This document shows positions 54,699 through 63,578 of a stretch of 64,000 nt of DNA, in pieces. How positions within the stretch are numbered: position 1 is the stretch's first letter; each line of letters opens with the position of its first letter. Source of the stretch: a virus; IMG/VR virus record IMGVR_UViG_3300016484_000735, positions 14,418 through 78,417 of that record. One strand, written 5' to 3'. The position numbers and the translations under genes are program-made. Below the pieces are notes generated by a model. The model did not search any database, was not told the origin of the DNA, and worked only from the letters and a program-made list of their open reading frames with translations.

Positions 54699-55396
54699 GA
54701 CAGGAAGCCTCGCACGTAGTTGAAGTCGCGCTCGAACACGTGGCCGTTGATCAGGTGGCAGTGGTACTCGCAGTCCTTGACGTCGATGCCGAGCTGACCA
54801 GCGACCATGTGCAGCAGACGCATCTGCAGGTAGAAGTCGAGCTGCATCACGACCGCGATGTTCTGCGAGCGCATCACCGTGCTCAGGATGAGCTTCCCGT
54901 TCCGACGGGTCAGGTGGTACGCGATCGTGCACGGGAACTCGAGCGTCTCGTCCTTGTCGAGGAGCTGCAGATCGTCCTCGTTCAGGATCATCAGCGAGCA
55001 CCGACGCGAGTTCGGGTGATCAATGAGTTCTTGCAGGATTGCCGGGAGCTGCTTCGCGATCCGTGGACCGTAGAACGTGTTGAAGTTCGCCGGCAGCGCA
55101 TCGCTCTTAGGCTTTGAGACGAATTGCGCGACTTGCGGGTACTTCTCGAAGGCAGCTTGGGCGTCGGTGCCACCGCTGATCATGAAGTCCCAGAACGTTG
55201 CTGCGTACTCGTAGCTGATGCGGTTGATGCGCGGGTCGGTGAGTACGAAGTCGCGAGTGTCAGCGACACGGAACGTGACATCGATCAGCTCGTTCGCTTT
55301 GCCGATCCGGGTGTCTTCGACGTATTCAGGGGTGTCGAGTGCCGCACGGCACAGACCCTTGAAAGCATCGGTCATTGTTGCGAAGTGCAGTTCCAA
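54695..55396 (-). CDS. Thymidylate-synthase / dCMP-hydroxymethylase homologue, dCMP-type
   Basis: TTG start after AAGGAG; YGPRI, NSRR, FPC (catalytic Cys), MRSQN..., Asp at the TS N177 position. Confidence 0.85.
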   Translation of the reverse strand: MELHFATMTDAFKGLCRAALDTPEYVEDTRIGKANELIDVTFRVADTRDFVLTDPRINRISYEYAATFWDFMISGGTDAQAAFEKYPQVAQFVSKPKSDALPANFNTFYGPRIAKQLPAILQELIDHPNSRRCSLMILNEDDLQLLDKDETLEFPCTIAYHLTRRNGKLILSTVMRSQNIAVVMQLDFYLQMRLLHMVAGQLGIDVKDCEYHCHLINGHVFERDFNYVRGFLS

Positions 55397-55406
55397 GTAG
55401 TTCTCC

Positions 55407-55901
55407 TTATTGGTGTTTGCCGAGGCGGTGTGCGAGATCAAGGTACGCTTCAGCTTGATCAGGCGTGAGGCGCGGTCCGACGTTCTGGAAGACAGCGATT
55501 TTCGGATGCAGACCGCAGTACTTCATTGCATCCTCGAGGTACGAGGTGTTGTGGGTCTTCTGCTGTCCCATGCTGATCAGCACCGTCGTCGGGATGTCGA
55601 TCTTGGGCACCATTCTATCGCCCTTGAGCTCGAACGCGAACCCGAACACGAATGTGGTCTGAAGGAACTCGACCATCTTCGCCGGCGGCATCTCCCACCA
55701 CAGCGGGTACACGAGGCACATCGCATCGGTTTCTAGGACGAGTTGACGAAGATCGACATCCTCGATGTCTTCGTCGTACAGGTTCAACCACGTAACCTGG
55801 TGCTCTGCTTCGTTCGCACCCTTGCGGTACTGCTGCGCGAGCTGCCCAGTGAACGACTTCTCGGAGGTGTCCGGATGCGCGATGATCTGAAGGATTTTCA
55901 T
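55407..55901 (-). CDS. Flavodoxin-like-fold NAD(P)H oxidoreductase (Flavodoxin_2 / KefF-MdaB type)
   Basis: MKILQIIAHP...SFT, V..LNLY, D...LVYPLWW.MPP......F...GFAF; TACAAT -10 at 55928-55933 (-). Confidence 0.85.
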   Translation of the reverse strand: MKILQIIAHPDTSEKSFTGQLAQQYRKGANEAEHQVTWLNLYDEDIEDVDLRQLVLETDAMCLVYPLWWEMPPAKMVEFLQTTFVFGFAFELKGDRMVPKIDIPTTVLISMGQQKTHNTSYLEDAMKYCGLHPKIAVFQNVGPRLTPDQAEAYLDLAHRLGKHQ

Positions 55902-56072
55902 GGCGAGTAAATAGCTTCTACATGCCTATTGTATCAAGCTCGGACCACCGCTGAACCTGTGCCTAGGATCTACAGAGCACCCGCCCCAGGATGCCACTGG
56001 AAATCGACCCAGGACATAAATAGGTTCTGATCAACTCAGCTCTAGAGTGTTGAGCTAACTGGAGAACATCAC

Positions 56073-56666
56073 ATGGCAACTCTGTCGAACTTCGGGATCC
56101 CGGGCGCTGGCGCTGGTATCCTGCACCCACGCCTGAAGAACAAGTTCCGGATCACGTTCCAGAACATGGGTCAGCTCGTTGCGGGTACGAACACCCGTAA
56201 CCTGACGATGCAGGTCACGAACATCACCCTGCCGAACCTGACCTTTGAAGAAGTCACGCTGCATCGGTACAACTCGACCGCGTACGTTGCCGGCAAGCAC
56301 TCGTGGGAACCGATCTCCGTCACTGTTGAAGACGACATCGGCGGCCTCGCTGCTACCGTGGTGAAGGCTCAGCTCGAGACTCAAGGCCGCATCATCGGCG
56401 TTGACCTCGACGGCCGTTGGCTGAACACTGCCGCAACCGGTACCGACTACAAGTTCGGTGCGAAGATCGAACAACTTGATGGCGACGAAGGTGTCGTTCA
56501 GACCTGGATCCTTGAAGGCTGCATGATCACTGGCGCTGACTTCGGTGACCGTGACTACTCGGCTTCGGAAGCTGCAACGATCACGATGCAGGTTCGCTTC
56601 GACCACGCTCGTCACGTCGAATCTGGCGGCGGGTACGGCACTGCTCTGGGCGGTAACGTCGCCTAA
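56073..56666 (+). CDS. gp19: Tail tube protein gp19
   Basis: P.LKNKFRITF, LPNL.FEE, YVAGKHSWEPISVT, W.LEGC; late promoter 56017-56022. Confidence 0.88.
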   Translation: MATLSNFGIPGAGAGILHPRLKNKFRITFQNMGQLVAGTNTRNLTMQVTNITLPNLTFEEVTLHRYNSTAYVAGKHSWEPISVTVEDDIGGLAATVVKAQLETQGRIIGVDLDGRWLNTAATGTDYKFGAKIEQLDGDEGVVQTWILEGCMITGADFGDRDYSASEAATITMQVRFDHARHVESGGGYGTALGGNVA

Positions 56667-56690
56667 TCGTTCTTCGACACTCTGGCACTC

Positions 56691-56714
56691 AGAAAGGTCC
56701 TTCGGGACCTTTCT
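56691..56714 (+). terminator. C(UUCG)G terminator
   Basis: agaaaggtcc-ttcg-ggacctttct. Confidence 0.9.
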
Positions 56715-56759
56715 TCGCTTCTGCGTTCTCGTAAATACACGATCTAGCAGAAGGTCAGT

Positions 56760-58094
56760 ATGGCGTCGTTCAACATCTCTAGTCTCCTCAGCGATACCAA
56801 GACGCAGCTTCAGAAGGCGTCTCTTGATAAGTTCGGGGCGGCTGTCGAGGACTTCAGCAAGGGCAAGCTCACTGAGCTCTTGAAGAAGGGTTCTAGCACT
56901 GGCACTGCCACGTCGAACCGTGACGATCAGAACACGATGTACGCGCAGTCGTACGCCGCGGCCCTCTCTGGTCAGTCAGACTATCGCCCGAAGCTGAAGT
57001 TCCTGTTCAAGGTCGAGTTCGGGTTCTCTGCGAACACAAGGGCCGCCATCAAGCAGATCGCTGGCAGTGATCCGCAGCTCCAAGCGGCAATGAGCCGGAT
57101 GCTTGCGAACGAGTTCACGTTCATGGTGAAGTCTGTCGAGCGTCCGAAGGTTGACTTCGAATACGACGAAGACAACAACATGTACAACTTCCGGACGAAG
57201 GCGCTGAAGCGAATCGTTCACCGCGATCTGACGATCCAGTTCATGGACGACGTTGGGAACCGCGTGTTCGACTTCTTCCGGATTCTGATGGCTGTGCACT
57301 CGCCGATCACCCGTAGTCAGTTCATTCGCGATGGCGGTGCTGCTATTCCGTCTTCATCCAAGCTCAAAACCGGATCCGGCATGTCTTGGATTCTCGGTCA
57401 GGGCGCTGGTGCGAACAACGCTAACCGCGCGGTGGTGAACAGTGACTTCGGGCAGTCGATCGACTACATCCGTGTGAAGCAGATGTTCGCAGACCCTAAC
57501 CAAGGCATCTCCGAAGCGGCGCAGATGGTCGCGTTCGACTTCGTGAACCCGCGCATCGTCTCGTTCGATCTTGATGAACTCTCACACGAAGCAAACGATG
57601 TGAACACGCTCACGATGGTGTTCGGGTACGACTGGATGGAAATGGTGAAGATGGGTTCGCTGAACCAGTTCCGCAAGGACTACACCGAGTCGATGTACAA
57701 GATCCGCGCGAACAACATTCAGACCGTTCCACTTGACGTGATGCCTGGGAAGCCTGGGATGTCGAATTCGAAGAACGCACAAGGTAAGCAAGGTCTGCTC
57801 TCGAAGGTTCTCGGGCAACAGACAGACAAGTACACAGAGAAGCTCACTTCCGATGTGCTCTCGCGCGGCGTCACATCAGTGTTCGGGAACGGCACCGTTG
57901 GTAAGCAGCTATCTGGTCAAGTTACCTCTGGCCTCTCGAAGCAGCTTGGCGGTTTTGTCAGCGGTGGCCTCAAGGAACGATCAAGCGGGTTGTTCAACTC
58001 GTTCTTCAGCCCCGGCTCGAAGGTCGCTTCGTCCGGTACGACTGAAGGCGGCACAATCACAGCATCCGCCGCATCCACCGATGGGAGTGCATGA
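56760..58094 (+). CDS. Tube-fold baseplate protein (gp54/gp48-like)
   Basis: PKLKFLFKVEF, VK.VERPK..F, LTIQFMDD, F.NPRI.SF; late promoter 56732-56737. Confidence 0.6.
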   Translation: MASFNISSLLSDTKTQLQKASLDKFGAAVEDFSKGKLTELLKKGSSTGTATSNRDDQNTMYAQSYAAALSGQSDYRPKLKFLFKVEFGFSANTRAAIKQIAGSDPQLQAAMSRMLANEFTFMVKSVERPKVDFEYDEDNNMYNFRTKALKRIVHRDLTIQFMDDVGNRVFDFFRILMAVHSPITRSQFIRDGGAAIPSSSKLKTGSGMSWILGQGAGANNANRAVVNSDFGQSIDYIRVKQMFADPNQGISEAAQMVAFDFVNPRIVSFDLDELSHEANDVNTLTMVFGYDWMEMVKMGSLNQFRKDYTESMYKIRANNIQTVPLDVMPGKPGMSNSKNAQGKQGLLSKVLGQQTDKYTEKLTSDVLSRGVTSVFGNGTVGKQLSGQVTSGLSKQLGGFVSGGLKERSSGLFNSFFSPGSKVASSGTTEGGTITASAASTDGSA

Positions 58095-58546
58095 TGGCTG
58101 GGCAAGGTCGATTCATTCCTAAGAACCCACAGAAGTACGTGGGGAAGTCGATCAATCGGATCTTCTTCCGTTCATCGTGGGAGCTCGCGTTCATGAAGTG
58201 GCTTGACAGCACCGATGCCGTTCTGCGCTGGGGTGCTGAAGAGCTCGCGATTCCCTACGTGCATCCGCTCGACGGGAAGATGCACCGGTACTTTCCAGAC
58301 ATGATCGTGATGTACATCGACGCGACTGGGCAAGTGAAGAAAGAGATCATCGAGATCAAGCCGTACAAGGAGTCCGTGCTCACGCCGAAGGCGACACCAC
58401 GCGACCAACAAGCGTTCTTGATCAATCAAGCAAAGTGGGCATCTGCTCGTGAGTACGCAAGTCGGAACGGCGCTACGTTCCGGGTGCTGACCGAGAAGAC
58501 CCTGTTCAAGCAGAAGGCCAAGAAGCCTGTAGGGAGTGCCGTATGA
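58091..58546 (+). CDS. gp4: Head completion nuclease gp4 (TnsA-like)
   Basis: GRFIPKNPQKYVG, RSSWEL.FM.WLD, W..EE..IPY, HRYFPD, IEIKP, NQAKW..A, F.VLTEK. Confidence 0.92.
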   Translation: MMAGQGRFIPKNPQKYVGKSINRIFFRSSWELAFMKWLDSTDAVLRWGAEELAIPYVHPLDGKMHRYFPDMIVMYIDATGQVKKEIIEIKPYKESVLTPKATPRDQQAFLINQAKWASAREYASRNGATFRVLTEKTLFKQKAKKPVGSAV

Positions 58547-59007
58547 GCGTACTGAACACCAAGATCACGAACCCGTTGGACGAACTGTTCAACACGCTCC
58601 CTGGCGACCTCGAGCAGGAAGGCGAGTACATCCCAACGACTGAAGGCACTGTCGCCGAGCTGAACGGCACCGCTGATGCTCAAGTCCCGAAGGACGAAGA
58701 GGACGTCGAGATCGATGCGAAGATCGATACAGTGTACACAGCCGCGATGGACGCATTCAACAACCAGACTGCGTACATGGAGATGATCGAACCTCGGTAC
58801 GCAGCTCGGAACGCCGAAGTTGCAGCGAATTACTTGAACATCGCTCTGAACGCTGCTTCAGTCCGGGCTCGAGTGAAGGGTGATCGTCGGAAGCAGGCGA
58901 CGTTCGTTCCGTTCACGAACAACAAGACGAACGGCGCCGTCGTGGCATCTCGCGAAGACATCATGAAGATGCTCGCTGTTGATGCCGAGATGAAGAAGGG
59001 TGAATGA
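58543..59007 (+). CDS. Hypothetical protein, possible small terminase subunit
   Basis: Helical D.E...ID..Y..A...PR...EVA...L..A pattern; late-gene context. Confidence 0.4.
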   Translation: MSVLNTKITNPLDELFNTLPGDLEQEGEYIPTTEGTVAELNGTADAQVPKDEEDVEIDAKIDTVYTAAMDAFNNQTAYMEMIEPRYAARNAEVAANYLNIALNAASVRARVKGDRRKQATFVPFTNNKTNGAVVASREDIMKMLAVDAEMKKGE

Positions 59008-59387
59008 TGTCGTTGCTTGCTGAGCTCCTGGAGAGCGTGAATGAGAAGGTGTTCAAACCTGGGTTCGAGCAGGTAAAGGAGCTGCCTGGCGATAAGTACA
59101 AGTTGGTTGCGAAGCCAGGGTACGTGAAGATCGACCAGAAGCAGAGCGAGCAGTTCCGGATCGAGTTCCAAACGAAGCGCGGCACCGTTCTTGGGTGGGT
59201 GAACTTCGTTGTGAACGGAGACGATCTGGAGGCACTTGATCTGCATGTGGATAAGAACTTCCGTCGTCGCGGGTTCGCAACAGAGATGTACAAGTTCGCT
59301 CGAGAACTCGGCAACAGTATCGCACAATCGAAAAAGCAGACCGCCCTTGGGAAGGCGTTCTGGTCAGTCAAGGACCATTCGCAATGA
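59004..59387 (+). CDS. GNAT acetyltransferase
   Basis: LHVDKNFRRRGFATEMY (motif A), QT..GKAFW. Confidence 0.75.
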   Translation: MMSLLAELLESVNEKVFKPGFEQVKELPGDKYKLVAKPGYVKIDQKQSEQFRIEFQTKRGTVLGWVNFVVNGDDLEALDLHVDKNFRRRGFATEMYKFARELGNSIAQSKKQTALGKAFWSVKDHSQ

Positions 59388-60526
59388 TCACCTTCAAACA
59401 GTTCCTGTTCGAAGCGTCAAACGGCAAGGACAAGTGGGAGAAGTACTTTTCCTCTGGTGACGTTGAGACGATCGCAAAGAATGACTCGGGGCTCTTCGAC
59501 GTCTTCGGTAAGGCATCGAAGAAGTCGGTGAAGAAGGGCGACAAGATCACTGTTCTTGCCTCCGATAAGTACGAGTCGAAGCTCCGCGTTCGCGTTGGCG
59601 ATGGCGAGTACCTGATGAAGCTCGCTGACATCGACAAGCCGTTCAAGATGGAGCGCACAGTCGGTATCGATCTGAAGCCGGACCAGCTCGGCCTGTTCGG
59701 TCCGAAGTTCATCTCGAAGTACCCAGCCGAGGTGAAGAAGCTTCTCGACAAGCACAAAGAGATTCCAGAAGAGCAGACGAAGTACTTGAAGGCGCTGGTC
59801 GATCTGGCTGAGAAGCCGAATGACAAGAAGCGCCAGCAAGCAGCGAAGGATCTGTACGTCTCGTCTGGCACGAAGGAAGACAGTGCATTCAAGAACACGA
59901 TCAACAACGACTTCATGGAAGTCCTCGGTCCGCTGTTCGTTGTGAATGAGAAGCCTGAGTACTCAGCCGGTGGCGTTCGATTCCCAGAGCTTGGGAACGA
60001 GCCGCTGTACGACTTCACGATGAAGGCAAAGCAGGGTGCTGATGAGAAGATCGACTCGTTCAGCTCGAAGCGATCTGGCGGGAACACGAACACGCTGAAG
60101 GTCACCGAGGTTCTGAAGGCAATTGAAGCATCGCCAGCAGCGATGAAGCGGAAGTACAAGAAGGAGATCGAGCTCATGAAGCTGATCTCGGAGAACTCCG
60201 TGAAGACCGCTCCACAGAAGATCAATGCATGGCTTGCTGCGAACTACCCGACGTACGAAGAAGCGCCGGATCCAGGCACCGACAACACCGGCATCGCTCG
60301 TCTTGAGGCAGCGGTCGTGAAGTGGATCACGAATGAGTCCGGCATGAACTTCATCCCGCTCGTTCAACAGGCCGTTCCGGATCTGTGGTACGTGAAGTCT
60401 CGTCTGGCTACAGATGGTACGATCAAGGTCGAACCGCTGAAGTCTGGTCGTGAGATTTCGAAGGCGAACCTCCGATCGAAGTCGTCGCCAGGTCACCTGT
60501 CCGACAAGATCGGTTTTGCAATGTAA
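59384..60526 (+). CDS. Hypothetical protein with capsid-targeting-like N-terminus
   Basis: MITFKQFLFE. Confidence 0.75.
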   Translation: MITFKQFLFEASNGKDKWEKYFSSGDVETIAKNDSGLFDVFGKASKKSVKKGDKITVLASDKYESKLRVRVGDGEYLMKLADIDKPFKMERTVGIDLKPDQLGLFGPKFISKYPAEVKKLLDKHKEIPEEQTKYLKALVDLAEKPNDKKRQQAAKDLYVSSGTKEDSAFKNTINNDFMEVLGPLFVVNEKPEYSAGGVRFPELGNEPLYDFTMKAKQGADEKIDSFSSKRSGGNTNTLKVTEVLKAIEASPAAMKRKYKKEIELMKLISENSVKTAPQKINAWLAANYPTYEEAPDPGTDNTGIARLEAAVVKWITNESGMNFIPLVQQAVPDLWYVKSRLATDGTIKVEPLKSGREISKANLRSKSSPGHLSDKIGFAM

Positions 60527-60570
60527 GCTGTCGGTGACCCATAAATACTAGAACACTCAACGGAGACACT

Positions 60571-61680
60571 ATGTCACTCCTCTCTCAAATCACATCGCTG
60601 GTTGAAGGCGCCCCTCTCGACAGCAAGCGTAAAGAGATCAAGGCCGGCGATCGCCTGCTCTGGGTCGACGAGAACGGCGAACACACCGGTAGGGTTGAAG
60701 CCGATCCGAAGTACAACGGCGGCCTGCGCGTCGGTGGTCGTTCGGTGAAGAACATCATCGACGATTCTGAGAAGGTCACCGTGCTTGAAGGTGACATCTC
60801 GAAGACCGTCGCGGCAGCCGCAACCGGCCGGCGCGGTAAGGCGCCGTATTTGAAGGCGAAGGCTGGAGAGAAGTCATTCGACACCTTCGCCGATTGGAAG
60901 GCCGGAGTGAAGAAGGAATGCCCAGACGCGTTGTTCTATGGGAACTCGAAGAGCGCATCAGCACACGATCCAGAGTCCGAAGGACAGATCGCAGAGTGGG
61001 ATGGTTCACTTGGTGTGATCTTCAAGGGCTGGAACAACTACATGAAGGAAGACGCTGCCCTTCAAGGCCTCGGCAAGGGTCTCGCTGGCAAGTCGGCTCC
61101 AGCTCAGAAGGCTTCGGCCCCGGCGAAGGTCCCAGCTGAAGATGCTTCGGCTGAACCAGAAGATGACACCGCTCCATCGGACACCCCAGTGAAGGCCGAT
61201 CCGGATGAACAAGCCACGACCGCCGAGTTCAAGGTTGGCGACGTTGTGAAGCCGCTCGTTGGTCCGCACAAGGGTGAGAAGCACGACGTCTCGCAGGTTC
61301 TGCCGGACGGTCGTCTCGTGATCTCACCGCAGGCCGTTGATGGTCAAGCCGTGAAGTACCGGAACGGCAAGGTGTACGCGAAGCCAGATCAGGTCGTTCT
61401 ATCGGAAGGTCTGCGTGTTACCAAGGGCCCGCTGTTCAAGAGCATCGCGAACGCAGAACCGATCGTTGAAGCTGCTCCGAAAGACGGCATCATGCCGCTC
61501 TCATACAAGGCTGGCAAGGGTCACACGATCGAAGCATACGGTCGCAAGGGCATGAAGAACTCCCAGTGGCGGAAGTGCTTCAAGGATCAAGCTGCTCTCG
61601 AGAAGTGGTGCGAGATCCACGATGCTACTGTCGAAGGCACTCGCGAGCTGGACGCCGATGAGATCCGGAGTGCACGATGA
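60571..61680 (+). CDS. Multi-domain protein with KOW/SH3-like modules, probable internal head protein
   Basis: Late promoter 60542-60547; IKAGDRL and FKVGDVVKPLVGPHKGE; several L/I/V-x-E sites. Confidence 0.7.
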   Translation: MSLLSQITSLVEGAPLDSKRKEIKAGDRLLWVDENGEHTGRVEADPKYNGGLRVGGRSVKNIIDDSEKVTVLEGDISKTVAAAATGRRGKAPYLKAKAGEKSFDTFADWKAGVKKECPDALFYGNSKSASAHDPESEGQIAEWDGSLGVIFKGWNNYMKEDAALQGLGKGLAGKSAPAQKASAPAKVPAEDASAEPEDDTAPSDTPVKADPDEQATTAEFKVGDVVKPLVGPHKGEKHDVSQVLPDGRLVISPQAVDGQAVKYRNGKVYAKPDQVVLSEGLRVTKGPLFKSIANAEPIVEAAPKDGIMPLSYKAGKGHTIEAYGRKGMKNSQWRKCFKDQAALEKWCEIHDATVEGTRELDADEIRSAR

Positions 61681-62027
61681 TTCTCCAAGAGCTCTTTGGT
61701 AAAAAGACTTCGCCCACGAAGCGCGCCGACATCACTGCCGAAGAGCGAGCGATGATCAAGAAGGTGTTCCAGAAAGGCTCGAACGCGGACATGAAAATGG
61801 GGAACGGCGAGTACGTTCTCCCGCAGAACATCCACGTCACGCTTGATCACACGCGCGTGAACTTCTACAAGGATAGCGACCAGCTCATGGCGAGCATCGA
61901 ATGGTACTCGAGCGATCAAAGTCCGGGAGACCCGAAGGCCCGCCCACTCACCCATACGGAAGAGAAGATCGGCAATGAGCATGATCTTCAAGCCTTGAAG
62001 AAGAAACTTGAAGGGGATTACAAGTGA
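61677..62027 (+). CDS. Hypothetical protein
   Basis: MILQELF; coupled ORF. Confidence 0.7.
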   Translation: MILQELFGKKTSPTKRADITAEERAMIKKVFQKGSNADMKMGNGEYVLPQNIHVTLDHTRVNFYKDSDQLMASIEWYSSDQSPGDPKARPLTHTEEKIGNEHDLQALKKKLEGDYK

Positions 62028-62515
62028 AGGTATCAGAACTGTTTGAAGTCAAGAAGCCGAACATGCGTGGTGTTGAGGCCGAATTGAAGGCACACGCCGA
62101 TAGCAAGATCGCACACGAGAAGAAGTACGGCCCGATGTCTGGTGCCGATCTTCATTCTCACGAAGTTCGACGGAAGGCGCTGTTGAAGAAGCTCGACCGT
62201 GAGCGTAGCAAGGCGAATCTGGCTGAAGGCGCGGACAACACGTACATGCAGCCTGAGCTTCAAGAGGGCTGGAAGGGTGCCGTAGCTGGTGCGGCCGTTG
62301 TTGGTGCGGTGGCGGCCGGCATTGGCGCATCGCCGAAGGTTGAAATTAACGGTCACACGTACGACAAAGCCGTCTCATCGGCACCGACCACGGCGAAGTC
62401 CGCGACAGTGAGCATCAACGGCAAGAAGAAGTCGGTGAAGTACTGGGACGCAGCTGGACCGAAGGGTCGTGTGTCTCGTGTGTATGCTATCGACGAAGAG
62501 GGCAAGAAGAAGTGA
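62024..62515 (+). CDS. Hypothetical protein with internal hydrophobic helix
   Basis: MKVSELFE; LAE and LQE sites before GWKGAVAGAAVVGAVAAG. Confidence 0.7.
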   Translation: MKVSELFEVKKPNMRGVEAELKAHADSKIAHEKKYGPMSGADLHSHEVRRKALLKKLDRERSKANLAEGADNTYMQPELQEGWKGAVAGAAVVGAVAAGIGASPKVEINGHTYDKAVSSAPTTAKSATVSINGKKKSVKYWDAAGPKGRVSRVYAIDEEGKKK

Positions 62516-63222
62516 AGCTCGCGGAACTCCTCGAAGCACGAAAGAAGTCAGAGCCTTCTTGGGCTGATGACTACGCTTCGGGGTACGAGGGCCTCCGCGG
62601 GATGCAGCAACACCTCGGAAAGCATGAGCCGAAGCTCCAACTGTTCGTCCCGAAGAATCGAGATCCGAAGCTTGAGCGTGAGCTTGACACTCGACTGCGC
62701 CTGCAGCAGGTTCGTCGTGAGATTCAAGAATCAGCGACGACACCGGTGCTCACAGCGTTCCGTGAATCGCCTGTGAACGGCACGAACAAACCAAGTGGTG
62801 CGTTCTGGACTTCGACGGCGATCCGTCGCAAGGACGGATACACATCCGATTGGTACCAGTATGTTCTGCAGAATCACAGGACTTGGCAGACTGACTACGG
62901 GTTCCTGTTTGAAGTGAAGCCGGATACACTGGTTCTTCCAACGTTGTACCTCGAACAGTTCTACGAGTGGGCAGAGCGTGTCGGGCGGACTGAAGAGAAA
63001 GAATGGATGAGCTCGTCGTACGGACGAGACAAGATGCGCTTGAACTATCCGTGGAAGGAACTCGCGAAGGCATTCGACGGCGTTCACCATGGTGGTCATG
63101 CATACGATGACTTCACATACGGTTGGGACGTCGAGTCCACAGCGTGGTTCAACACCTCGCGTCTGAAGTTCAAGGGCGCTGTGAAGCTTGTGAAGTACCA
63201 CGAAGACGAGGATGAAGAATGA
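62512..63222 (+). CDS. Hypothetical protein, possible ADP-ribosyltransferase fold
   Basis: MKLAELLE; F-R, KP.G.FWTS, WDVES pattern. Confidence 0.55.
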   Translation: MKLAELLEARKKSEPSWADDYASGYEGLRGMQQHLGKHEPKLQLFVPKNRDPKLERELDTRLRLQQVRREIQESATTPVLTAFRESPVNGTNKPSGAFWTSTAIRRKDGYTSDWYQYVLQNHRTWQTDYGFLFEVKPDTLVLPTLYLEQFYEWAERVGRTEEKEWMSSSYGRDKMRLNYPWKELAKAFDGVHHGGHAYDDFTYGWDVESTAWFNTSRLKFKGAVKLVKYHEDEDEE

Positions 63223-63578
63223 TCACGTTCAAACAGTACCTCGTGAAGCTGAAAGAAGAAGTGAAGGGTCGACACGGAGAATATGTCGGCGACGTAGCCG
63301 AGAAGACGATGATCCACGCGATCATCAACATCCTGATGAAGGGTGATAAGACGGACGAGAACTACGACAAGGCGTACTCGTTCATTGAACACAAAGACCA
63401 AGAAGGATTCTACGATCGGTTCTACGATGCGTTCGCTGAGAAGGCAGCATCGAACGAGGCACGTCGAAAGGGTACGCCTGATCCTGGGGTCTCGAAGGCA
63501 TCGAAGCAGAAGCTCGGCGACTTCAAGAACCAATTGAAGCAAGCATACAACCGCTGGAAGAAACATGCTGGTCAGTGA
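63219..63578 (+). CDS. Hypothetical protein with capsid-targeting-like N-terminus
   Basis: MITFKQYL. Confidence 0.7.
   Translation: MITFKQYLVKLKEEVKGRHGEYVGDVAEKTMIHAIINILMKGDKTDENYDKAYSFIEHKDQEGFYDRFYDAFAEKAASNEARRKGTPDPGVSKASKQKLGDFKNQLKQAYNRWKKHAGQ

Noticed and set aside
53649-55001. 450-aa ORF-track version of the glycosyltransferase
   Set aside because: The first 101 codons overlap the TS gene in another frame; the GTG overlapping the TS stop (54698) is the more plausible start.
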